Assembly: GCF_963921235.1 (NCBI RefSeq)
Contig: NC_086109.1
Location: 14,820,001-14,884,000 of the forward strand
Origin: Mobula hypostoma
Taxonomy: Eukaryota
Direction of reading: 5' to 3'
DNA length: 64,000 nt
Shown piece by piece: positions 37,510 to 51,415 of this stretch. The position numbers and the translations under genes are program-made. The stretch's first letter is position 1. Each line of letters begins with the position of its first letter. The notes below the pieces were generated by a model, which saw nothing but the letters and a program-made list of their open reading frames with translations, had not been told where the DNA came from and ran no database searches.

Positions 37510-38570
37510 CTGATTAGGGTGGTTAAGACGGCATTTGGTGTGTGGCCTTCGTCAGTCGGGGGATCAAGTTCAAAAGCCACAAGGTGATTGCAGCGGTTAC
37601 TTGAAGATAACAGAGTCTAAGCACGGGGATTGGCACTGTATGATGTGCTCCAAATAACGAAGTTCCAAAGTTCAAAAGAGAATGTTCGATCCTTTAAGAA
37701 ACCAGCAAAGATAAACAATCTTGTGGCTATAATATCTAAGGAAACTAAAAACCAATGATATAACGAAATAAGCGGTCTAATAATGATATAATGGTGATCT
37801 GGTGGTAGCTTTCATGTTAGCAGTCAACAAAAAAAATATTTCCCTGTGGCCCACTTCCTGGCTCCAACCAGACGAAACTGAACTTAAAGAAAGCGTAAAT
37901 ACGTAACTATACTCTAGTCACTTCTACCACACCCCAACCCACGTGACAAATTACCCATAATAAACACGCAACCACAAAATACAATACAGACAGAAGATAA
38001 ATATATGGCTCCTACAGTAATGTTACAGTTCTACAGAAACATGGTTAGACCCCACTTGGGGTATTGTGTTGTGTTCAGTTCTGGTTGCCTCATTATAGGA
38101 AAGATGTAGAGAGGGTGCAGAGGAGATTTACTAGGATGCTGCCTGGATTAGAAATGAGATCTTAAGAAGAAAGATTGAGTGAGCTAGGGCTTTTCTCTTT
38201 GGAGTGACGGAGGATAAATGGTGACTTGATAGAGCTGTAACCAGAGTTGACAGCGAGCACCATTTTTGCAGCATGACAATGGCTACTACTAGAGACAACC
38301 TTTTAAGGTGATTGTAGGAAAGTATGGGGCTGGATATCAGAGGTAGGTTTGTTCGTTTTTACATAGAGTGTAAGTGGACGGAACACACTGCTTGGGGTGG
38401 TGGTAGAGGCAGATACATTGGGACAATTAAGAGACTCTTAGATGGCACGGATGAAAGAAAAGTGGAGCACAATGCAGGAGGAAAGGATTAGATTGATCAT
38501 GGAGTAGATTAAAAGGTCAGCGCAACATTGTGGACAGAAGGGCCTGTACTGTGCTTTAATGTTCTACACT
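37510..38570 (+). mobile_element. CR1 LINE 3' fragment interrupted by a solo LTR
   Basis: ggttagaccccacttggggtattgtg...gttcagttctgg CR1 sequence resumes after 38016. Confidence 0.7.
37589..38016. mobile_element. Putative solo LTR (428 bp)
   Basis: TG...CA termini; 5-bp TSD gtgat/gtaat; cleanly interrupts CR1 sequence. Confidence 0.6.
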
Positions 38571-38696
38571 CCCTTACTTCAGCCTCCAGCTAAAGTTGTG
38601 GCAACATCACAGGAAATCTAATGGCAAATAGTTACAGCTCCAGCTGATGATGACATCTGGTTTCTGCTGATGTTCGATCAGATGGGGGATGCTCAC

Positions 38697-38808
38697 CTCA
38701 GCCACTTCAGGAGGAGAGTGGATTAAGTGCCAGATGTAACCATCCAGTTCCTCCTTGCGTCTATCTGCCATCGCTGTCCCTCGGCCGAGCACAAACCTGC
38801 TCGGGAAG
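38697..38808 (-). CDS. PIK3C2B: PI3K-C2beta exon (FPSRFVLGRG...HSPPEVAE), PX domain
   Basis: 112 nt, cag/gtgagc, phase 2->0. Confidence 0.95.
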
Positions 38809-39395
38809 CTGTGAACAGAAATAATACTGGTAAAGTCACAGCCACATACCAGAAGTAAAATCATAATGAGACATTTATGATTTTAGGGTAATAGTGGAGG
38901 CCTAGCATTACAGAAATGGTAACAAAGAAGTGATAATTATTCCACCCTTTCTGCTTGTTTCGTTTCTCTTTACTAGTTGCACATTCAAAGATCGCTCACT
39001 TCGACTGAAACAAAATTCACAGTTTGATCCCAAGAGTACTATAAAAATATATTAGCATTTCTGCAACATTTAAGAGAAGTTTGGATAAGTATGTTTATGG
39101 GAGGAGTATGAAGTGCTATGGTCCAGGTGCGTGTCGATGAAACTAGGCAGAAAAACAGCTCAGCACAGACTAGATGGGCCAAATGGTCTGTTTCTGTACT
39201 GTAGTACTCTAACTCTATTTTCACTCTTCACTTTCTACAAAATGATTTTCTTTCTTCTCCCAAAAAATTGATTTAGTGTGGAGCTCATTCAAATAATGAC
39301 ATTCTAATTTTTGCATTTATCAGAGAATGAATTAGGGCAAAGGTGAATGACAGATGTTTACTAGGACACACCCAAGATCCCTGGCAACTTCCTAC

Positions 39396-39520
39396 CTTGG
39401 CAGTTTCGATGACGGGAAAATGAGGCGGAGTTTATTGTGGAGCTCATGAAATTCCTCAAAGGTTCTCAGTATGAACGTAGCATCGTGCTGTCCTTCTCGC
39501 TCCACTTTCACAACGTAAGC
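39396..39520 (-). CDS. PIK3C2B: PI3K-C2beta exon ([10 protein letters not shown]...[23 protein letters not shown]), PX domain
   Basis: 125 nt, aag/gtagga, phase 0->2. Confidence 0.93.
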
Positions 39521-39768
39521 CTTAAAGAAGAGAATACGAGCACTGTTAATCCGAAGCTTTTTCCACCAACACTTTGAAGCTTGTGTCCCTGGTGCGAGAG
39601 AAGCAGCTCAAGAAGACTCTTAGGAAGGTTTGAATTATAATTGGCTCCTATAGGGACTTGAGGCTGAGACTGACAGATCTTTGTTGGGGAAAAGTTTCAT
39701 AGGACATGGAATCAAAGTGGATTGATGGAGACAAAATACAGACCAACTAAGATCTGACAGTGGAGTTA

Positions 39769-40486
39769 AGGCTGAGTCATACTTGTGCGTACCAGCTTAC
39801 GCTGTAGCTTACGCAAGTGGGCTACGCTGTTGCGAGCATTTATACTTGTGCATTGGTGTGTCTGCATCTCTCTGCAATTCACTGCCAAAACGCTAGTTGG
39901 CGGTGGGGTTTCTATGCCACTCAATGAAACTCAACACGAAGAAACTCAAACTTCAAACAATGGTGACTGAAACTGAAGGAGAGTGAATTTTCTGTGCTTG
40001 TCCGGCCTCTGAGAGACATGGAAGAGGAAATGCATTTCAAATATTTTCGGATGTTGGCAGGTAGATTTGACGATTTTGTTCATCGTCTCCAACCATTTAT
40101 TTTGCATCAGTGTATGCGCAGTATACTCAGAGACTGGCAATCACCATTCGAATTTTAGCTTCAGGTGGAAGTCAAAAGGCTGTATCAGCTAGCTACAAAC
40201 TGGCGTCAAGCACAGGGTCCTCCATAATTTCGGAGGTCTGTAAAGCTTTATGGAAAGCATTGCAGCCAGAGTTCCTTCCCTGCCCTTCAGTTGCCCAATG
40301 GGAAGATATTGCAGCGTAGGAGGAAATGCGATGCTACCAAGCGGACCAATCACAGTTGTTCGGTCTGCGTCACCGTGACGCGTAGTTACATTTTGGGAGA
40401 GGTGCGCATTAGGCTACGGCATAGGGTTCGGCCTATAGTACAGCGTAGGGTACGCGGCTACACGACGCACAAGTATAAATCAGCCT
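39769..40486 (+). mobile_element. Non-autonomous PIF/Harbinger transposon
   Basis: TIR aggctgagtcatacttgtgcgt / acgcacaagtataaatcagcct; TWA target; transposase remnant [40 protein letters not shown]. Confidence 0.85.
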
Positions 40487-41045
40487 TAACACACACAAAA
40501 TGTTGCAGGAACTCAGGAGGTCAGGCAGCATCTATGGAGAGAAATAAAGAGCTGATGTTTCAGCCTGAGCTCCTTCACTGGGGCTCTATGCCTCAGCCCT
40601 TGATTCCTTACTCCTCTCCATAGATGCTGCTTGGACTTCTGATTTGCTCCAGCATTTTGTGTGTGTTACTCTGGATTTCTAACAAGTGCAGAATCCCTTG
40701 TGCTTAAGAACTAATACCAGAAGGCTTTTGATGGGCTGAATGCTCTAGATTAGGGTTTCCAATGTTTTTTTTGTGCAATGGACCCTTACTACTGGGAACC
40801 CCTGTTCTACATCAACTCCTTTAGGCTAAATTACTGTAGCTATCAAGATAAATCTCACAGGCCTCAGTTGGACCATCCCAAGTCAATGTTTTTGTATTTA
40901 TAGACTAGAACCATGGTTTAATAATTAAAAGGTTCAAAGTGGATCCACATCAAAGCTGGTTCTGTGGATCTGGATGTAGATAAATGCATGTGTACAGAAA
41001 TACAGGTTTAAAAACATTTACTACAGGTACAGGGAAATTACTTAC

Positions 41046-41247
41046 ATATCCTTTAGTGGGGTTAAATATCTTTTGATGTTGACACACAAACACTTCCTTG
41101 ATCTTCCCATCGGTTTTCATCGTGAATGTTTTGGGAGCAAAGGAGAGTGCTGGATGTTCATCGCTTCCAGCAAACTTCATCTGGGCCAGGTTGTGAAGGA
41201 AGAAGTTGAGCTTGGTTGCGACACTACCAAGACTCGATTCGATTAGC
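41046..41247 (-). CDS. PIK3C2B: PI3K-C2beta exon (LIESSLGSVATKLNFFLHNLAQMKF...NPTKGY)
   Basis: 202 nt, tag/gtaagt, phase 2->0. Confidence 0.95.
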
Positions 41248-41534
41248 CTAAAGGCAGAACAGTATTTTAGAGTACTCAGTACAACAAGGGACCATTTAAA
41301 GCAAGTACATTTTTATGTTCCACAAAGGCTCCTCTACATCTTTTCATTTAGCCCAACCAACATTGCTTTCAACAATAGCCATTCCTACCAAAACCCAGTT
41401 TCTGCTATACAGCTGAAAACCTCTTTAATTCAGAATCAGGTTTAATATCACTCATATATGCTGTGAAATTTGTTGCTTTGTGATATTACAGTGCGATACA
41501 TGAAAATATAGAATAAATTATGATTAATGATGTA

Positions 41535-42120
41535 ACACTGAGACTTTATAAAGCAATGGTGAGGCCTCATTTGGAGTATTGTGAACAGCCTTGAGGCCCA
41601 TTATCTTAGAAAGGATATGCTGAAACTGGAGAGGATTCAAAGGAGGTTCACAAAAATGATTCCAGGATTGAATGTCTTGTCATATGAAGACCATCTGATG
41701 GATCTAGGCCTGTATTCACTGTAATTCAGAAGAATGAAGGGTGACCTCAATAAAACCTATTGAAAGGCCTCGATAGAATGGATGTGGAGAGGATGTTTCC
41801 AATGGCGGGAGAATCTCAGACCAGAGGACACAGCCTGAGAATAGAGGGGTGTCATTTTAGAACGGAGATGAGAAGGAATTTCTTTAGCTAGAGAGTGGGG
41901 AATCTGTAGAATTCTTTGCCACGGCAGCTGTGGAGGCCAAGTCTTCATGTATATTTAAGGCAGAGGTTGATAGGTTCTTGAATGGTCAGGACATGAAAGG
42001 ACACGGGGAGAATGCAGGAGACTGGGGCCGAGACGAAAATTGGATCAGCCGTGATGAAATGGCGTAGCAGAGTCAATGGTCTAAATAGCCAAATTCAGTT
42101 CCTACATCTTATGGTCTATT
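41535..42120 (+). mobile_element. CR1 LINE 3' fragment
   Basis: gtgaggcctcatttggagtattgt...gaccagaggacacagcctgagaatagagg; 3' UTR as in the other copies. Confidence 0.8.
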
Positions 42121-42594
42121 AAGAAATATATACAAGTAGAGCAAAAAGAGAACAAAGTACTGATGTGGATTGGTTCATTGTCCGTTCAGGTGGCAGAGGG
42201 GTAGAAGCTGTTCCTTAAACATACATGAGCTGTTTCTAAAACTTCAGCATCCATGAATGACTATTAAATTCTTTCCAGTAGATGACAGATCAGCATGGCA
42301 GTCCTTGCCTTTTGTTTTCCTTTTGGTGAAGTTTAGGGAAGAAAATTGGATTTTGTAAAATAGAGCAGAGAAATCTCAGCATTGACAAGCAATTGGATGA
42401 ACTCAGCGAGTTGAACAGCATCTGTGGCAGGTAAGGATCTGCCAACATTTTGACCCAAAATGTCAGCGGTTCTTTCCCCTCCCCCACCTCAGTGCTCAAC
42501 CCACCGAGTTCCTCCACCAGATTGTGTGTTATTCCAGACTGCAGCATCTGCACGTGTTTGAGTTGCCAATCTCAGGACCAATGGAAATTAATAG

Positions 42595-43184
42595 ACTCAA
42601 TGGCTACTTTATTAGGTACACCCTGTACCTCTGGGTCTTCTTGTGCTGTAGCCCATCCACTTCAAGGTTCAACGTGTTGTGCTTTTAGAAATGCTCTTCT
42701 GCACACCACTGTTGCAACACGTGGTTATTCGAGTTACCCTCACCTTCCTGTCAGCTCGAACCAGTCTGGTCATTCTCTTTTGACCTCTCTCTCATTAAAA
42801 AGGCGTCTTCACCCACAGAACTGCCACTTACTGGATATTTTTTGCTTTTTATCAGCATTCTCAAAACTCTGGAGCATGGACCAATGCCAATAAGCAAGGA
42901 GTCTGTGGACCCCAGGTTGGAAACCCTTGCTCTAGAGACTGTTGTCCATGACAATGCCAGGAGATCAATAGTTTCTGAGATACTAAAACCACCCTGTCTG
43001 GTACCAACAATCACCCCATGGTCAAAGTCATTTATATCACATTTCTTCCCCATTCTGATGTCTGGTCTGAACAACAACTGAACCTCTGATCATGTCTGCA
43101 TGCTTTTATGCATTGAGTTGCTGCCACATGATTGGCTGACTAGATATTTGCATTAACCAGCAGTATACAATGTATCCGAGTGTA
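42595..43184 (-). mobile_element. Tc1-like element (same family as 7653-8130) with an inserted hAT MITE
   Basis: actcaatggctactttattaggtacacc terminus; GKKCDINDFDHGVIVGTRQGGFSISETIDLL. Confidence 0.8.
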
Positions 43185-43261
43185 CAAGTCTTGCTAGCAA
43201 CATCCATATCCAGCGAAGGAATAAGTGATTACTAAAATCTGATTTCAATTAGAATTCCCAC

Positions 43262-43371
43262 CTTGTGAAATAGGTGGTAGCCTGAGCCTCTGACTCTTGT
43301 GGTCGAAGGGCGTCATAAACATATTTCAGGTCATGGACATCAGACAGCTCTGGAATTCCACAGGAAAGCAT
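43262..43371 (-). CDS. PIK3C2B: PI3K-C2beta exon (MLSCGIPELSDVHDLKYVYDALRPQESEAQATTYFT)
   Basis: 110 nt, cag/gtggga, phase 0->2. Confidence 0.95.
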
Positions 43372-43467
43372 CTGCAGGGAGAAAAGAGATCAAGCTATTC
43401 CAAAATCTTTGATTTATCAAAGAAAAATCAATACTTTCTTGAGCAAATCTAATGCACATCTTCATAC

Positions 43468-43624
43468 CAGTCCCAGGAGATTGAGGAACAGGTCAGTGTG
43501 CTTGCGGATGAGATTGTATGCCTGACAGCATAGGTCAACAAAGTCATGAAACCGGCTGGAGGGTTTGTCGCCACCATTAATGACATAGGCCATGTCCGAG
43601 GTGAAAACAAATGGAGCCCGGTCT
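43468..43624 (-). CDS. PIK3C2B: PI3K-C2beta exon ([18 protein letters not shown]...LFLNLLGL)
   Basis: 157 nt, tag/gtatga, phase 2->0. Confidence 0.96.
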
Positions 43625-44051
43625 CTATGGAATTAAAATGTGAGAACGTTATAAGCACTAGAATATATTTTTGTACATTTATATATTTGCTGAAGTATTG
43701 AAGGATATATTAGGAAGATAACTGAGTACAGGAATCCCCTTCATAACAACTGGCTGGGTTATGGAAACTTGTCCTTACAGAATCCACAAATCACAGAAGT
43801 TAGAAATTTTAAATAAGGAATGAAATTTGCTTTCATGAAATTTATGTAGGAGGATAAAAGTAAATAAACACAAAATTTATGTTTTTCAACTGCATTTCTT
43901 GATGAATGCACAGATTATGTGGCTTCTCTTTCTGGAAAATTATGGTATTTCTACAAACACAAACTCCCTATCCCCAACACAAGCTGCCTGTGCACAGAAA
44001 TAGTCCATGAGCTATAAATGGGATCATCACTGAAAACCACTTATCTGCTCA

Positions 44052-44294
<243 letters not shown>

Positions 44295-45834
44295 TCAGAA
44301 CATAGAACAATATAGTACAGGCCATTCAGCCCACAATGTTGTGCCAACCTTTTTAACATACTCTAAGATTAATCTAACTCCCTCCATTTTTCTCTCATCC
44401 ATGTGCCTATCGTGGAATCGCTTACATATCTCTAATGTATCTGCCTATACCAGCACCCCATCAGTATTTTCTACACATATATCACTCTGTGTTTAAAAAA
44501 AACACATCTTTGACATCCCCCTCTATACTTTCCCTCAATCACCTTAAAATTTACCCCCCTCATATTAGCCATTTTGGCCTTGGGAAAAAGTGTCTGGCTG
44601 TCCACCCGATTTATGCCTTTTATCATCTTTAGGAATAAGCTCCACACTGCTATAGGAACAATACTATTAAACTGGAAAGAGTGCAGAAAAGATTTATGAG
44701 GATGTTTCAAGGAACTGAGTTTATTGAGAGAGGTTGAGCAGCTTACGATTTTATTCATTGGAGTGCAGGAGAACGAGGTGTGGTCTTACAAGAGGTGCAT
44801 AAAATTATGAAAACCATAGGTAGGACAAAAGCCCACAGCCTATTTCCCAGTGTTGGGGAACCAAGAATTAGATGGTGCAGTTTATGGTGAGAGGGGAAAG
44901 AGTTAACAGGAACCTGAGAGGCAACTTTTTCACCCAGGAGTTGCTCGGTATGCGGAATGAGCTGCCAGAATAAGTGGTTGAGGTGGGCACATTAACAATA
45001 TTTAGAAAGCTCTTGGATAGGTTCATGAATAAGAAAGGAACTTTAAAGGGATATGGACCAAATGCAAGCAAATGGGACAAGTTTAGATAGGTACTGTGGT
45101 TGGCATGGACTGGTTGGGATGAAGCTGTAGGACTCCATTGGGATGGGATGCTATTTGCATTGTGCACTGATGAGCAAAATTCCAACATCACCAGTCCAAA
45201 GAAACAAATCCCAAAAGCAGTACCTCCTTTGTACAGCTACCACACTGAGAACAGGATGATGAAGATGAGAAAGTTGGAATATTGTCAGTGAGAGAGCAAC
45301 AGAGCAAAGGAATTTAGTCAAAAAGAATGGGGAGACTGGGTAAGAAAACTGCTGTTATATGCTGATAAGGATTGGGCTACAAGTATGTCAGAAATTTATC
45401 CAGGAGGATGAAGTTAAACATTATCAGCAATTACAAGTTAGTTATTAACATCTTTACTCCAGGCCAACAAATCTGCTGAAGGTCATTTCAATCGTGCTGA
45501 CTACGTTGCAATAGAATACAAGGGCAGCAAAATTGCTTCAGGATGGTATTATACAAATGAAACGTGAGAGTTTGAATTTCCCACAATGACCTAACTCAGG
45601 TCCCACATCATGAGATTCAAAAGTCCACAAGATATATAAAAAGAATTAGGCCATTTGGCCCATTGAGTCTCCTTCATCAATAATGGCAACTTTTTTTTCC
45701 AACTTCACTCTCCCATTTTCTCTCTGTAACCCTTATTCCCCTTACCAATCGTGATAGATGATAGAAACGGCATCATATAACCAGGTTTTAAACAGTCAGA
45801 TACAATTTCAGGTCAGTAGAAATACCAGGCTTCT

Positions 45835-48270
45835 CCGAGAGGACCACAACCTTGTGGTTTGGAGGCTTGTGTGCCTCAATGACCTGGAGAGCTATGCTTT
45901 GGCTCTTGGTAGGGTCACCCATGTCAAACAGATCGAAGTGCAGAGGTCAGACTAAGAGTGGCCTACTGGTCCTCCAGGGTCGAGGGTTCAGCTTAGGGCA
46001 AACAACCCTGACTGATCAAAAAAAACTGTTATGGAGACGGCAATGAAGAATCCTTCTACATCTGTAAGCGGTAGTGAAAGTCAAGAGGAAGCTACTGGCA
46101 TGATGAAGGAAGCCCTGAATACCTTCAAGACCAAGACCAAAATTGGTTTCTGGAATGTACAAATTATCTACAACGCTAGCAAGCTAGCACAAATAACTGA
46201 CGAAATGTGTTGTTACAATCTACATACTGCATATACTGACGTCAGTGAAAGCAGATGGATAGGGTCTGGCAGACTAAAAGTAGCAACTAGTGAAAGTTTT
46301 ACACTCAGGAAGGGAAGATGGTCAGCATCTTGATGGTGTAGGTGTCATTTTGAACAAAGGCATTGAGAAGTGCTTAGGCTGATGAGAGTAAGATTGAAAG
46401 GGAAGCAGGTGAACATGACTGTGATCCATTGCTATACTCCAACTAACAATAGTGACATTGAACAGCTGCAGTTGGAGGTAGAGTTAACACTACACCCTGA
46501 CATAATCATCTTCATGGGAGATCTAAACGCCAAAGCGGGAAACAACTTACACTTCACTCAGGTCATGGGCACACATGGATGTGGGACAATGAATAACGAT
46601 GATGAAAGAATCGTGGATTCTGTGCCATGAATAATTTGGTCGTAGGATAGACCCTCTCTCTGCACCGTGAAACACACAAACTGACATAGTGCTCACCCAA
46701 TGGACACAACAAAAAACAGATAGACCATTTGATGATTAAAGGTCGTGGCGACGATCCTTGCAGTATGTAAAGGTGAAGAAAGAAGCAGATAGATACAGGA
46801 AGTGACTACCACCTTGTAGCAGTGATGAAATTCAAGCTGAGAAGCACTAGGACCAGAACATATATACAAAGATGTTCTGATGTTGAAAAACTCAACGTCT
46901 TCAGTGTGAGATCTGCATTCAGCATTCATTTCAGACCAGATTTCAGGCCTTGCAAGACCTTGACGAAGATTCATCCATAGACATTATCAATACAATGTGG
47001 AAATAGGTTGCCTCAGTCTTCAAGGAGAGCAGTGAGGATACAGAGCTGGAAAGAACAAAGAATGGATACAGCAGGAAATATGGGCGGTCTTAGAAGAAAG
47101 ATGGAGAATTAAGAAGTGCTAGTTGCAAAGTCAACATGACTTAAGGTGAAGCTTCAAGCAGTATACAATGAATTAACAAGAAAGTTAAGAGACTTGTAAG
47201 AAAGGATAAGAGAGTCTATATGGAAGACCTTGCAGTACAGGTTGAAGAAGCAGCCATTCGAGATGACAAGGGAAATACATACAAGATTTCAAAATTGGTA
47301 TGTGGAAAGTTCCAGGCCAGATCTGGTGGTCTCATGGGAGATAAGACGGTCTGCTTTTGACAACTGAGAAAAAGCAAGAGAAGCAAGACAAAGTATTTCA
47401 GAGAATTACTGAATAAAACTCCACCAGATGAAGAACCTGACATACAAAAAGCAGCAGAGGATTTCAACATCAACATAGATCCACCCAAGACAAGATTGTT
47501 ACCGTTATTGAATCACTAAAGAACAGCTAAGCTCCAGGACATGACAATTTGAACGCTGAACAGGTCAAAGCTGAACCAAAAGATGCACCAGCCATCCTGC
47601 AACCACTGTTTACTACAATCTGGAAATGGTAACAAGTACCCAAGGACTTGACAAAGGGAGTCATTCTAAAGATCCCCAAGAAGGGATTGTTAAGTCATTG
47701 CAACAACTGGTGTGGCATCACACTTTTGTCAGTGCCCAGCGAGATTCTTGCCAAAGTCATTGTCCAACAGTTACAGATGCAGTCCATCTGTGCTTGAGGA
47801 AGGACCATGCTGGCCGTGTTGACCAGATCTTCACGCTGCATAACATCAGAGCAGTGCACACAGTGGCAGAGCCAAGTAGATGTACATTTCCTGCACTTTA
47901 AAAAGGCTTTTGATACAATCCATAGGGAGAGCCTCTGGTCATAATTCTCAGATCATATGGGATCCCTTCCAGAATTGTCCAGCTCATCCAGATTTTCAAT
48001 GCTAACTTCACCTGCACAGTTGGGATCTGCAGTTTAGGCTTTTAAGTCAAGCTGGGAGTCAAGCCAGACTGTGTAGTGTTGGCGATATTATTTAACCTGG
48101 TGATTGACTGGGTTACGAGGCAAACAACGAAAGATAAGCAACGAGGCATTAGGTGGACTTTATTCTCTATTTTTGGAAGACCTTGACTTTGTGGATGACC
48201 TCGCATTACTATCACACACATACAAGAGAAAACTCAGCACCTGAGTACCTTTGGTGGACAGTCTGGACTC
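45835..48270 (+). mobile_element. Degenerate RTE-clade LINE with 5' UTR, EN and RT
   Basis: KTKIGFWNV, CYTPTN, MGDLNAK, KAPGHD-like and RT remnants; many stops. Confidence 0.8.
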
Positions 48271-48569
48271 AGAATCAGAATTACTATACTGCCAGTATGT
48301 GAAAGCTACCAGAATTGATTGTTGTTCAGTGTTAAACATAAAACACAGGACAATACCATAACAGACAATACAGTAGCAACAATTTACAAGACAATGGTGC
48401 AAAAAGCATGAGCAATCAACAATTAGCAGAGTTGTCACATGCACAAATATCAATAGTTAAACTTAAAATAACTGAACAAATGAATAGATCATTTGAATAA
48501 ATGAATAATTGTCAACAGAACAAGGAGAGCAGGGAAGACTATTTAATGGATGTTGTGCAGGGACAGTTA

Positions 48570-49072
48570 AGGCTGATTTATACTTCTGCGTCAACTCGAC
48601 GCCATAACCCACACAAGTAACCGATGCGCGTTGTGAGCATTTATACTTGTGGTTGGTGAGTCTGCATCACTCTGCAATTCCGGCACGTCACGCATGTGCA
48701 CACACCTGCCTGTGCAAGGCTTCATGGTCATGGTAGTCTTTCTCGGGGTAAACAAGTTTAAAGCGAGCGTCTTTTTTCGTAAAAGTGAAATGCGTCCTCC
48801 ACAATTTCAGAGGTCTGTAAAGCTTTATGGAAAGCATTGCAGCCAGAGTTCCTTCCCTGCCCTTCAGTCGCCCAATGGGAAGCTATTGCAGCGCAGGAGG
48901 AAATGCGATGCTACCAAGCGGACCAATCACAGCAGTTGCGTTCTGTGTTGCCGTGACGCGTAGTTACATTTTTGGAGAGGTGCGCGTCAGGCTCTGGCGT
49001 AGGGATCCGCATCGGGTTTGCGGCGACGCAGTACTTACAGCGTCGAGTTGACGCAGAAGTATAAATCAGGCT
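48570..49072 (+). mobile_element. Second non-autonomous PIF/Harbinger element
   Basis: 33-bp TIRs aggctgatttatacttctgcgtcaactcgacgc (1 mismatch); TSD tta/tta; internal sequence shared with 39769-40486. Confidence 0.88.
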
Positions 49073-49129
49073 TTAGGGTATTACACCTGAGTGAGTTTTG
49101 TTGAGAAACTGGATTGCTACAGGAAAGAA

Positions 49130-50850
49130 GTTTAGAAAGTGATGTGTGGTCCTGGTGGTGACGGACTTGGTGCATCTCCCTGATGGCAATTAGTTGGATA
49201 GGTGACTGCTCGGGTGGGTGGAGTCAGCAGTAATTTTTCAGCACTTTTCTTTGCTCTGACAATGAACAGGTCTAATGTCGATAGCTGACAGCCCATCATC
49301 TTCTCCACAGAGTGGACCATACGTTACAATCTGGACTTGAAGAGGTAAGGAGAAGCAGGAAACCAAACGGTGATAGACATGGTCTGAACACTCTCAATGA
49401 TGGCTGAGTAATAGTACATCAGGATACACCCTGAGATGCTAAGTCTTGCAAGCCGACACAGGAAGAAGAATCTCTGCTGGGCTTTCCTAGTAATGAATGT
49501 AGTGTGCTTGCCCACTTCAAGTGTTTTGGTAATGGTAATCCCCAGGAATTTGACTGACTCGACCACAGACATTGCTTACCATTAATTTCCAAGGATGGAG
49601 GGCCGGTAGGAGATTGTTGACACAAGTCAATTCTCATTTCCACTGTCTTGATAGCATTAATCTCCAAGTTGCTACAAGCACACCATGCTTCAAGACAGTT
49701 CACCTCTCTTTGATAGCAGGTCACTTCATTATTAGAGATGAGACCAACTACAGTCATGTCATGTGCAAATTTTAGGATTTTAAAGGATTTGTCTGTAGAG
49801 GTACAGTCATTTCTATAAAGTGAGAACAGAAGGGGTGAAGGAACACAGCCCTGGGGAAAGCCTTGGCTAATAGACTTTGAATCAGACAAGTAGGACACTA
49901 GCCTTACAAACTGCTTCCATCCTGTCAGGAAGTTTATAATCCAATGATAAACACTGTAGGGTACAGATCTGGGTTTGCTTGCTGAGGAGCAACTCCAGAA
50001 CAATAGTGTTGAAAGCAGAGCTAAAATCCACAAGCAAGATCCTCATATAGGTGCTGGGGAGTCCAAATTGTGGAAGAATTTAATGAATGCACAAGTTAAC
50101 TGCATCTTCAACTGAGTGATTTGTTTTATAAGCAAACTACAGCAGGTCAAGAAGAGGATTAGTAACGGACTTAAGGTAGGCCAATATCAAAAGGATTTCA
50201 TAACTACTGGAGTCAGAACAACTGGCCTATAGTCTTCAAGCCCAGTGGTCTTATCTTTCTTGGAAGCTGGAACAAGTGTAGCAACTTTAAAGCAGTCCAG
50301 AACCCTGGATAATTGCAGGGAGGTGTTAAATATCTCAGTGAAGACAGGTGATCTGCACAGTGCCTTAGAGTACTAGGCAAGACACCATCACGGCCTGTAA
50401 CTTTCTGTTTTCCACATAGGTTTCAAATGTCCTCTTGCTTCACAGAAAATAGAAGATGGGCTGGAGGGAGGGAGACTGAAATGATGAATGAGGGGATGGT
50501 GACATTGGATTGGTTGTGAAAGTGAGGAGATTAGGGGCTCAGCATATCAGGATCAGAGGAACTGAGTAGAGGTAGATGCTGATTGTCCATATCAAACTGG
50601 CAATAAAACTGATTGAATTGATTAGACAAAGTTGATGAGGGGCAGGCTCAGGAAGCACTTTAGTTTGAAGTTGGTAAGACTTTGCAGAGAACTTCAGACT
50701 GCCTGGTGATTGCTGAAGTCTCTCTCTAGCTTTCGCCACTTTTAAAGCTTTATTAAACTTCTGCTTTGCAGAGTGATATTCCTCTCGGTTTCCAGACCTA
50801 TAGGCATAATCCTTTGCAGATCTGAGAGTTCTCAACTGGATCTCAATATT
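49130..50850 (-). mobile_element. Rex/Babar-clade LINE RT fragment
   Basis: WIINFLT, GFPQGCVPSPLLFSLY..DC, ILKFAHDMTVVGLIS, KAQQRFFFL. Confidence 0.85.
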
Positions 50851-51415
50851 TCCATTTCTAACTCAGATAGCCAAAATAAAAAAAGTTTAGATTTAAAGCC
50901 TCACGCAAATAGATGGAAAATTGTTTGATTTCTCAGGCAATAAAAAGAGGACACTACTGTTTTGTTAAGCTGGGATGAGTGTGAATAGAAGCTTGGCAAG
51001 AATGCCAAGCTCAGTGTTGGTGTTTGCAAGTTTGCACATAGTCATAGAATACTAGCACACAGAAACAGGTCCTTTGCCTCACCTCATCTTTGCCAGCCTG
51101 GTTTTATCCCAGACTGTAGCCCTCTAATCCATGTACCTATCCAAGTTTTTCTTAAATATCACAACTGAACCCACATTCATCACTTCCACTGGGAGCTCAT
51201 TCACATCACCCACCGAGTGAAGTAGTTCCCCCCTCAGTTTTCCCATAACTATTTCACCTTTCACCCTAAACCTTTGACCTCTAATTCTAGCTTCACCCGA
51301 CCTGAAGGGAATTGACATAGTTCTATGCAGAAGTGAATGATGTCGGGTGAAAGCCAAGTACAAGGGAATGAGCAAATCCAAAATGCACAAAAAGAAATTG
51401 ACAGTTTTTCTTCAC

